Shown here: piece after piece, positions 56,030-64,000 of the stretch
Position numbering within the stretch: position 1 is the stretch's first letter
Layout: every line of letters starts with the position of its first letter
Program-made: the position numbers and the translations under genes
Virus record (IMG/VR): IMGVR_UViG_3300050821_001227
Coordinates: 1 to 64,000 of that record
Source: a virus
Reading direction: 5' to 3' (one strand)
DNA length: 64,000 nt
Notes under the pieces: generated by a model
Told to the model about the DNA's origin: nothing
Database searches by the model: none
What the model saw: the letters and a program-made list of their open reading frames with translations, nothing else

Positions 56030-56236
56030 ATGCCGCAACTAACTACCAATAGTACGCCCGTCGTTGTGGAGGGTTTTGAATCACCTCTGTTAGAAATTCT
56101 CGGAGCGATTCTTTTAGAACTTCGCGCCCTTAGACTCGCCACGGTCGCACTTGCAACCGAGGGCGGATTGGCAAAAGAGGCAGATTTTGACCCAGCTTTG
56201 TTAAAGACGGAGTTGGATGTATTGACGCAGCCATAG
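56030..56236 (+). CDS. hypothetical protein
   Basis: GAGG SD; AILLELRAL. Confidence 0.6.
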   Translation: MPQLTTNSTPVVVEGFESPLLEILGAILLELRALRLATVALATEGGLAKEADFDPALLKTELDVLTQP

Positions 56237-56255
56237 GCTGAGAAACGAGAAATTT

Positions 56256-56900
56256 ATGGCTTTAATGCAAGGTAATCAAGGTCAGGCTGGAAAACAGACT
56301 GGCCAGAATTTGACAGCAGGACTCGGAGAATATTCCGAGATATTGGCATCAGAGTTGATGCCTCGGTACTACGAGCAGAACTATCGTGGCAACGTCTTCA
56401 ACGCCTCGAATCAGGCCGCTGTCACTGCGCCTGCCGCTTTAACCGCTTCGAGTGTCAACTTCACTCTGTATAACCCGCTTGGTTCTGGAGTCAACGCGGT
56501 TTTGAATTTTGTTGACATCACGGTTGCTCAGTTGACCGAAACGACTGCGGGCTCGTATCAAGTGTTGTTGGTAGCGAACACCGTCCCCGGCCAAGCTGCG
56601 CCTTCAACGACCACCTCGCTGACGGCACAATCTTCGTTACTTGGTAGTTCCGCCACACCAAAATGTAAAGCCTACAGTACCGCCACGCTGGCGGCTGTAC
56701 CCACTGTTGTCAAGCCGCTTTTTTCTATAACTTCAGCAGCGACAATTAGCGGAGCAATTGCAAACGGTTCGTCTGACAATATCGGAGGGTCACTCATCCT
56801 CACTCCCGGTTCTTACATAAGTGTGCAAGGAATCGGAACTTCAGAAACAACGTCGCCCGGACTAATTGTAGGAATGTCGTGGATGGAAGTCCCGGTCTAA
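56256..56900 (+). CDS. virion protein
   Basis: LYNPLGSG...WMEVPV. Confidence 0.65.
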   Translation: MALMQGNQGQAGKQTGQNLTAGLGEYSEILASELMPRYYEQNYRGNVFNASNQAAVTAPAALTASSVNFTLYNPLGSGVNAVLNFVDITVAQLTETTAGSYQVLLVANTVPGQAAPSTTTSLTAQSSLLGSSATPKCKAYSTATLAAVPTVVKPLFSITSAATISGAIANGSSDNIGGSLILTPGSYISVQGIGTSETTSPGLIVGMSWMEVPV

Positions 56901-56914
56901 CTTCTAGGAGCCCC

Positions 56915-57325
56915 ATGATAACCAGCCGAAGAATAAGTGAAGAAGATCGGGCAGGCATCGAACAGGCACTCGCCCGAGACTTCTTTCATCCCGGCACGCA
57001 GTCATCTGTGTTCTTCGAGCCGGGCACGGTCACAAATATCTATGAGGAAGATCACCAACCAGTTCTTCTTGTAAAGGTGTACAAGTGCTTGCACCTAGAT
57101 TTGATGTGCTACGACAATGCCGACACCGTAAGAAACAGAGCGGTGCTTCAAGCAGGCTGGATCAGGCTAATCGCTGACGCAAAAGCGAATGGCTTCAAAG
57201 AGATTGTAACTTCCGTGAATGGACCCGCTCTACTTAAGTTCCTGACCAAGAAGGTCGAGGATGGCGGCTTCGGGTTCGAGGAAGTGAACGTCGATGGTCA
57301 AATCGCCCTGAGACGGGCGCTGTAG
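56915..57325 (+). CDS. GNAT-like protein preceding internal virion genes
   Basis: AKANGFKEI...FGFEE; position. Confidence 0.5.
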   Translation: MITSRRISEEDRAGIEQALARDFFHPGTQSSVFFEPGTVTNIYEEDHQPVLLVKVYKCLHLDLMCYDNADTVRNRAVLQAGWIRLIADAKANGFKEIVTSVNGPALLKFLTKKVEDGGFGFEEVNVDGQIALRRAL

Positions 57326-57334
57326 GAAGGACAC

Positions 57335-57805
57335 ATGGCTGGAAAGATAAACACAAGTTTGATCGGGCCGCGTTTGAAGCATCGAGGCTTCTTCAGTCAG
57401 CGCGTGTACACGGCACGCTATTTTGAGAAGCTGGGGCGGGCAAGAGTATTTACGCCCGAACAACGGGAAGCAATGCGAATCACCACCAAAGAATGGTGCC
57501 GTGTCCAGTATCGTACGAGTGAAGAGTACCGCTTCTCGAAGCGGGTAGCCAAGTTAAAACTGGTTCATGAGTTCACCTTGGCACAGTACAAACAAATGCT
57601 TGTTGAACAAGGCAACGCTTGTTGGATTTGCCATCGTAAGTTTTCAGCGGAAATGCCTCCGTGTATCGACCACGATCACGAAGCGCGCATTGTGCGGCAT
57701 TTACTATGCGACCCGTGTAACATCGGTATCGGCACCTTTCAGGAATCTATTGAGTGGTTGCGGAGAGCGGCGTTATATCTTGAGACGCATCGGAAAGGAA
57801 TATAA
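57335..57805 (+). CDS. endonuclease VII-family HNH protein
   Basis: QGNACWIC...IDHDHE...VRHLLCDPCNIGIG. Confidence 0.88.
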   Translation: MAGKINTSLIGPRLKHRGFFSQRVYTARYFEKLGRARVFTPEQREAMRITTKEWCRVQYRTSEEYRFSKRVAKLKLVHEFTLAQYKQMLVEQGNACWICHRKFSAEMPPCIDHDHEARIVRHLLCDPCNIGIGTFQESIEWLRRAALYLETHRKGI

Positions 57806-57806
57806 T

Positions 57807-58505
57807 ATGTGTCTCGGAGTGGGAGCAAGTTCAGGCTCTAAAGCAATCAACAACGAAGCGGGGGCCGTCTATGGAACGGCCATTACACAGGCCAAAGCTG
57901 AGTTCGGAGACGCCAACACGGTGTTTAACGATCTAGTCAAAAGCACGGCCCCGATTGTTGCTGCGGGTCCGGAACAAACAGGATTCTCGGCACAGCAAGA
58001 ATCCGCTATCAACGCGGCTACCATCGACCAAACTGCGGCTCAGTACAAGAACGCAGCCACAGCCGTCAAGAGTGACATCGCTGGTCAAGGTGGAGGCAAT
58101 ATTGCCCTGCCGTCCGGCGTAAACATCGCCACGGAAGAAGCGCTGGCGGAAGCTGGCGCACAACAGACCGCGTCAGGTTTGCGCTCGAACCTACAGGCTG
58201 ATTACGCTGCGGGCAACCAGAATTGGGAATTTGCTACAGGCGCGCTCACCAAAGCGCCCGGCGTATTCTCGGACGCTAACACAGCGACCGCCGATACAGC
58301 CAAGCTGGGCGATACTGCACTTCAGTCCCAAAGCGTTATCAACGCGGCTCCATCATGGCAGAAGATTGCGATGGGTGCACTGGGTTCAGGTATTGAAGCT
58401 GCCTCGAATTTTATCCCCGGCGCAGGCCCGGTGCTGGGAGCCGTTTCAAATGTTGCCGGGAATGCCGTTTCGGGTGCTGTAGACAGTTCCGGACAGAGCA
58501 GCTAA
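57807..58505 (+). CDS. putative internal virion (ejection) protein
   Basis: MCLG start, Ala/Gly-rich, glycine-zipper C-terminus. Confidence 0.65.
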   Translation: MCLGVGASSGSKAINNEAGAVYGTAITQAKAEFGDANTVFNDLVKSTAPIVAAGPEQTGFSAQQESAINAATIDQTAAQYKNAATAVKSDIAGQGGGNIALPSGVNIATEEALAEAGAQQTASGLRSNLQADYAAGNQNWEFATGALTKAPGVFSDANTATADTAKLGDTALQSQSVINAAPSWQKIAMGALGSGIEAASNFIPGAGPVLGAVSNVAGNAVSGAVDSSGQSS

Positions 58506-58518
58506 TCAGGAGATTATT

Positions 58519-60756
58519 ATGGCAGACCCACAAACTAACACCGCAGACATCGGCATGGCCACCGGGCCCGCTCCCACTCCCGCAGCCCCGAGCGCAATTC
58601 AGCCCAATCCTGCTGCACAGCCGGACACCGCTCAGCCGGGCGATAATTCCAACAAGCCTGATGCGCAGACGCCCGCAGCGAAAAGTATGCCGTCCAATTT
58701 GGTGAACAATCCTCAAGTTGAGTCGCAGAAGCTGGCCACGCAGACCGATGCCAACAAGAACAGTCCCGCGCCATTCCACACCATGTTGCGCCACGCAGCC
58801 ATGGAGATGTTAGGTGGGCAGCAATACAAGACCGACTACAAGCCCGATGGCACCGCAGTACGCACCCCCATTGAGCCGTCGTTGGCTCATCTCGGACTTG
58901 CGCTTGCGGCAGAAGTTTTGAAGGGCGGCATCGCTGGCGGCAACGCCAAGGATTCCGTAGCAGCCGCGCAGGCCGGACAAGCGTCCGCCGCGAAAGCTGC
59001 GGCAGCGCGCAAGCAGGCATCAATCGACCAAGACGCTCAAGTGAAGGCCGATCAAAATCACAAGCTGGCTGTGACCAAGAACAACTTGGAACTTCACCAG
59101 TTGGCGCTCAATGTCGGCAAGCAAGACTTGGACATGAACAATGCCATGGTCAAGAGCTACGAGCCCGTAGCCAGCATGCTTGAGAACCATCCGGACATAA
59201 TTAAGGAAGACATTACTGAAGATCAGATTCCTGCCGCGATGAAGAAATACAACATCACGAAGGATATGTTCATTCCCCACGGCGATCCAGTTCCTGTAAT
59301 GGACCCGACGACTGGACAACAGAAAGAAGTCAACGGCGTCCCGGTTTGGAGTCACAACTACTATGTCATCGACGGCGCAGCCAAGGGTCAACTGACCAAA
59401 GAGATTCAGGACATGGGCTACAAGGTTGGTAAATTCCGTGGCCCGGACGGCGAACGTGTGAACGTTCCGACCAACTCTGAATATCCAATGGCGACGATTG
59501 GCAAGTACGCAACCGATTTCGCTCAGATTCAGACCGCCGAAGAACAGCTTGAAAATCACAAGAACGATCTTCTTGGCGACAAGGCAGGTCCACGTCAAAG
59601 CATGGCGGACCAAGTTGCCCACGACCCGAACATGATGCAGGCCGTGAAGGACTACTCGCGGTTTCTAGGCGCTGGAGACATCGACGACGTTTTCGCCGCA
59701 ATGATGGCGAACGGAAAAGGCGACTCTGCCGCACGGCTCATGAATTTCATGGGCGTAACGCCGGACGACGTTCGCGATTTCGAGAACCAGAAAGCCAAGG
59801 AAGCCAAGGAAGCGACCACGGTTGCAAAGCCTCTGACTCAAGAACAGAAGGACGAAATTGGAGCACGCACCGATCTTCTCAAGGCCGAAAAAGAAACGCA
59901 GGGAACGGTTCAGAGCAAGAATCGTGAGGACGTTGCGAAGCTGTCAGCAGAAAAGCGGCATCTCGATGCCGAGACCGATAAACTGTTGACTGACAAGAAT
60001 GGCACCGATGCTCTCATCGACGCCATGGGTAAGGGAAGCGTTTCTGCCGAACGTATCGGCTACATTCTGGCTAAGAAGCCAGAGTTGATCGACGCGGTCG
60101 CCAAGAAGTATCCTGACTTCTCAACGTCTCGTGCAGAAGCGTATCCGAAAGTTTACGCTGAGTTCACGAGTACGAAGCCCAAGACTGCTGGAGCGCAAAT
60201 CAATAACGGCGCAACGGCATTCCGTCACTTGAACGATTTGTTGGCATTAAACACCAACACCAGCCACATCCCCGGCACGCCCGCTTATAAGGCTTATAAG
60301 AGTCAGATGAACACGGTCGTGGACGAGTTGGGTCAGTTCTACGGAACCTCAACCATCCCCGGATTGGAAGGCTTCAAAGAGACTCTGGATTCGACGCTCC
60401 CCGGTAACAGGGAATCGGCCATCCGAACTCAGGCTCACTCCATGGGTGTCAAGATGGATTCGTTCGTCCAGCAATGGAAGAACGCGGCCCCGAGTAAAGC
60501 GTACGAAGGTCCGATGCCCTTCTACAGTGACGAGGCTCAGGCAGCACGTCAGCATTTGACAGGCGAGACAGGAACCAACATTCCTACGTTGACGACTGAG
60601 CAGAATGCTAACGCTCCTAAGACCTTCAAGTCGGCGGACGGAACGTCTTACAACCTTGACGCAAACGGAACCTTTTCGGCCCACGGCGCGCAGTATAAAG
60701 TCGGACCAGACGGCAAGGCTCACAAGGTAGTGACACCAGCACCAGCGACAAAGTAA
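58519..60756 (+). CDS. putative internal virion protein
   Basis: 745 aa helical, AGGAG SD. Confidence 0.65.
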   Translation: MADPQTNTADIGMATGPAPTPAAPSAIQPNPAAQPDTAQPGDNSNKPDAQTPAAKSMPSNLVNNPQVESQKLATQTDANKNSPAPFHTMLRHAAMEMLGGQQYKTDYKPDGTAVRTPIEPSLAHLGLALAAEVLKGGIAGGNAKDSVAAAQAGQASAAKAAAARKQASIDQDAQVKADQNHKLAVTKNNLELHQLALNVGKQDLDMNNAMVKSYEPVASMLENHPDIIKEDITEDQIPAAMKKYNITKDMFIPHGDPVPVMDPTTGQQKEVNGVPVWSHNYYVIDGAAKGQLTKEIQDMGYKVGKFRGPDGERVNVPTNSEYPMATIGKYATDFAQIQTAEEQLENHKNDLLGDKAGPRQSMADQVAHDPNMMQAVKDYSRFLGAGDIDDVFAAMMANGKGDSAARLMNFMGVTPDDVRDFENQKAKEAKEATTVAKPLTQEQKDEIGARTDLLKAEKETQGTVQSKNREDVAKLSAEKRHLDAETDKLLTDKNGTDALIDAMGKGSVSAERIGYILAKKPELIDAVAKKYPDFSTSRAEAYPKVYAEFTSTKPKTAGAQINNGATAFRHLNDLLALNTNTSHIPGTPAYKAYKSQMNTVVDELGQFYGTSTIPGLEGFKETLDSTLPGNRESAIRTQAHSMGVKMDSFVQQWKNAAPSKAYEGPMPFYSDEAQAARQHLTGETGTNIPTLTTEQNANAPKTFKSADGTSYNLDANGTFSAHGAQYKVGPDGKAHKVVTPAPATK

Positions 60757-60766
60757 AGGACATCCA

Positions 60767-62794
60767 ATGGCACAGATCGACTCGCAGACCGCAAACCCGG
60801 CGCAACCACAAGGCGCGCCGGACACAATTGATGCGGCCCCTGACACAATCGACGCCGCTGCCGCACCCGACACACTGGATGCAGCCGCTCCTCCTGATCC
60901 CAACAAGGTGTTGGCTAGCACCAAGTACGCTGGCGCGCCGTCCACAGAGCAGCCGGGGTTCGTTCAAAGAACCATGGAAAACTCTGGGGCAGCAGGAATC
61001 GGCAATCTCATCGGTCAGACTGGTGGATACGTCGGCACTATGCCCGGACGCACGTTCAATCGTGTAAAGGGTATTCAGGCTGCGTATGAGGCTTTGAAAC
61101 AGGGCGACCTGAAGAAGGCTTCGATGATCGCGCACACTCTGGCGACCGGGCCTGACGATCCTGTTACCGAGATGGCGAAGAACATCATCAAGATGCCTTT
61201 CGAGGAAGCCGCAGAAGCCTACAAATCTTTGCGCGACAATCCTGACAAGGTATCCGCAGTTCTTGAAGCGGCCCAGCACGGCATTCGTTCAATCCCAGTG
61301 ATTGGAGCGGGCGCTGAACAAGTCGGCAATAACATCGCTGAAGACTTTCACAACAATAACTGGACTGGATTGTCCGGCGACATCGTCGGCATCCTGCCTG
61401 CGTTACTGTTCGGTGGAGAAAATCGTGCAGCCGCAGCCGCAGAAACCTCTGGCGCAGAAGGCGCAGCAGAAGCTGCCATGGAAGCCAAGAAGAACGCGAT
61501 TCGGCCAAGTCAGCGCATGATTGGGAAAACGCCAGTCCCTGTGACGGCTTTACAAGAAGCTGATCCCACACTACGCGCCCGCATGTTAAAGACGGTCGCC
61601 AATGATCCTGCTGCTGCTCAGTCGCGATTCATCGCAGAGCACACGCAGCCCGCAGCGGCCACCGCAGCCGTAACCACTCTCGAAGATGTCGCCCGCAAGC
61701 ACATTCAGATGGTGCGTGAAGAACTTGGAAACCATGCGCCGTTTGAAGGCGACATGGGAACCATCGGCAAACAAGCCAATGCCATGCGTGAGTCGGCATC
61801 GGACATCTATCAGAAATTTGACAAGGCTTCTGACGCCGAGCAGGAAGCGTACAAGACCCAGACGGCTCTCGACAAAGAACAGTTCGAGAACGCTCAGGTC
61901 GAAAAGGAAAAAGCATTCGACGAGGCGCAAGCAGCCAAGAAAGAAGATTTCGAGAAGACTGAACAAGCCAAGGTCAAGGCTGGCGCAGGGAAAGCAACTC
62001 CCTACAAGGCCAAGCCCTTCAAGGCCGAAAAGTTTGAAGGCGAAAACTTCGAGCCTGAAGAACGTCCTCTTACATTCGATGAGTTGCAACATCAACGTGC
62101 ACAGATCACAAAGGCGATGCAGCGTAACGCTGTGCCGTTCTCTGACGGTCAGGACGCTCTCCAAGCAGTCGAACAGAAGATGGATGACTTCGCTGAACGT
62201 CACGCAGACGTTGTATCTCCCGAAGAGTATAAGCTGGCGAATGAGACCTACAAGGCCGCAACGAAGCATGACTTCATAGCAGACCGCTTGAAGATCGCAC
62301 TCGGTACCGACGAGATACCGACCAAGATCAGCAAGGGTAGTCTGAGTTCGATTCAGCAAGCATTCGATTCCAACAAGAAGTTTGGACCCGGCGCGTTCGA
62401 GCAGTATCTCGGACCCGAGGGAATGAAGAACTTCCAATCCATCCGAGACGTTCTTGAGAACCCTGTGCAGAGCAGCCCGTTCTTAAGACTGGCGAAGATG
62501 TTGATGGGCGAAGCCGCTGGCGCTGGCGTTGGAGTTTTGTCAGGCACAGGCACTGAAGGTGCGATAGCAGGCATGGCTGCAAAGTACGGCATCGGTCATA
62601 TAGCAGAGAACCTGCTGTTCAACCCCGAGTACGGTCAGACAATGTTGGCCGCTTGGAAGAGACTTCACACACTGCCGAACTCGCAAGTTGGTAGACTAGG
62701 TGTTGGGGCTGGTCAAATAGCTCCCGTAGCACCGCGACCGAGCGAAGCAACACACGTCTGGTCACCAGAGCAAGGCGTAACACCGATACAATAA
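60767..62794 (+). CDS. putative internal virion protein
   Basis: 675 aa, three APDT(I/L)DA repeats at the N-terminus. Confidence 0.65.
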   Translation: MAQIDSQTANPAQPQGAPDTIDAAPDTIDAAAAPDTLDAAAPPDPNKVLASTKYAGAPSTEQPGFVQRTMENSGAAGIGNLIGQTGGYVGTMPGRTFNRVKGIQAAYEALKQGDLKKASMIAHTLATGPDDPVTEMAKNIIKMPFEEAAEAYKSLRDNPDKVSAVLEAAQHGIRSIPVIGAGAEQVGNNIAEDFHNNNWTGLSGDIVGILPALLFGGENRAAAAAETSGAEGAAEAAMEAKKNAIRPSQRMIGKTPVPVTALQEADPTLRARMLKTVANDPAAAQSRFIAEHTQPAAATAAVTTLEDVARKHIQMVREELGNHAPFEGDMGTIGKQANAMRESASDIYQKFDKASDAEQEAYKTQTALDKEQFENAQVEKEKAFDEAQAAKKEDFEKTEQAKVKAGAGKATPYKAKPFKAEKFEGENFEPEERPLTFDELQHQRAQITKAMQRNAVPFSDGQDALQAVEQKMDDFAERHADVVSPEEYKLANETYKAATKHDFIADRLKIALGTDEIPTKISKGSLSSIQQAFDSNKKFGPGAFEQYLGPEGMKNFQSIRDVLENPVQSSPFLRLAKMLMGEAAGAGVGVLSGTGTEGAIAGMAAKYGIGHIAENLLFNPEYGQTMLAAWKRLHTLPNSQVGRLGVGAGQIAPVAPRPSEATHVWSPEQGVTPIQ

Positions 62795-62806
62795 CTGAAG
62801 GGAATC

Positions 62807-64000
62807 ATGGACGCTCCCGAGACGATTCAACCGGAACAAACACAGGCACCAGCGATCATCGACCCGCAAATGGACACGAATAAAGTCTATGAGCAGGAGC
62901 ATGAACGCCAGCATGCAATCTCTGACGATCAGCCGACACAGTTGGCACAGAACGATGTGCCGACGTACACGCTAGGGAGTCCAGCAGGACTTCTTGAGCC
63001 CGGCAACATTGACTTGAATAACCGCCCGCTTGTTCACAATGCTGACGGTTCGCACAGTACCGAGTATTCAACATCGTTTGGAGATGAGAAGGGTCGAGAG
63101 GTTCTTGTTCCCACCGTGGTCAACGGTAAGTTCTTGACGCCGGATGGCAGGAAGCCTGCCGAACGAAGTCCAGCCGAGAAAGCTATGTTCAGGCGTGCAC
63201 AAGCGCACTATGAACAGACGCATGAGCATATGGGCATTTTTGATTCCCCAGAGAACTCTGACGCGTACGCCAACATCGTACACAATCGGCAAGATGCTCG
63301 TGTGCCTACGAGCGATACGCATAACATTGTTCAGGCTCCAGATGGGGCAAAGGTGGCGTTCCCCAAGGGCACGTCCCCTGAGACGATGCACGCAGAGATG
63401 ACGAAGTGGTGGCAGCCTCGTGTTCAGCAAGCAATGCAAGCATGGGACGCAGTACGCAACGCGGCATCGAACGCAGCGCAGGCAATCGGCCTCCCCAGCG
63501 ACATGCCTGAGTTGCAACTACAGACCGACGAGTTCATGCGTGATCCAGTCGGAAAGACTGGAGACGTTGTAGGCGCAGTCGTAGGCGGGCTTGCACACGG
63601 ATTCAATGCTATCATTCCGAATACTACCGAGAACCGAGCTATGGTTCAGCGCGCCCAAGCAGAGCACGCGCAGGGAAACAACATTGCCGCAGCTACCACG
63701 CTTGTGCCGTTAGTCGGAGACGGTCTGGCCAAGGCCGTGAAGCAGGCGCAGGACAAAGATTTCTCAGGATCAATCGGAACCACTCTTGGTGTCGCTGCAC
63801 CATTCCTTACCGAAACATTCAAGGCCGAACCGGAACTTCCGGTCAGTCGTGAGCAGGCATACGCTGGCGCAGAACGACGCGCAGCCGCAGCCTCCGAAGC
63901 CCCTGCTTATGCAGGTGCAGAACGCCGTGGCGCTTTGATGAGCCCGACTGAGATTGAGAACAACCTCAAGACTGGACGACCAGTCTATACGCCGTTCGAC
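62807..64000 (+). CDS. putative large internal virion protein (runs off the window)
   Basis: ATG at 62807 after AAGGGA; frame appears open to the window end. Confidence 0.6.
   Translation, partial: MDAPETIQPEQTQAPAIIDPQMDTNKVYEQEHERQHAISDDQPTQLAQNDVPTYTLGSPAGLLEPGNIDLNNRPLVHNADGSHSTEYSTSFGDEKGREVLVPTVVNGKFLTPDGRKPAERSPAEKAMFRRAQAHYEQTHEHMGIFDSPENSDAYANIVHNRQDARVPTSDTHNIVQAPDGAKVAFPKGTSPETMHAEMTKWWQPRVQQAMQAWDAVRNAASNAAQAIGLPSDMPELQLQTDEFMRDPVGKTGDVVGAVVGGLAHGFNAIIPNTTENRAMVQRAQAEHAQGNNIAAATTLVPLVGDGLAKAVKQAQDKDFSGSIGTTLGVAAPFLTETFKAEPELPVSREQAYAGAERRAAAASEAPAYAGAERRGALMSPTEIENNLKTGRPVYTPFD

Noticed and set aside
57300-57335. Kissing-loop element before the 57335 endonuclease (also checked 38650, 44311, 48654, 17192)
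   Set aside because: At most single hairpins; no loop-loop complementarity.

Overview
The whole window is part of a dsDNA tailed bacteriophage genome. The virion looks podovirus-like: no tape measure, a large nozzle-type protein and several ejection-type proteins. The host cannot be named from the sequence alone. Layout: a largely non-coding divergent-promoter region (1-2570); small + strand genes (to 5.85 kb); a - strand block with an 8-gene GDP-fucose/glycosyltransferase cluster, a permuted two-piece tmRNA, PolA, primase-helicase and an SSB-like gene (5.9-24.1 kb); a repeat-flanked AT-rich origin candidate (24.15-24.43 kb); and a + strand late block (terminase, portal, scaffold, major capsid, tail and internal proteins) with many HNH/EndoVII genes. 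Most notable: (1) the capsid gene is split by a normal group I intron and by a 40-nt coreless mini-intron that has only P1 (U.G), P10 and a terminal G; (2) four dissimilar endonuclease genes share a covarying kissing-loop RNA over the RBS; (3) a phage-encoded permuted tmRNA; (4) a gene set resembling blood-group-A glycan synthesis. All calls come from reading motifs by eye; no searches or folding programs were run.
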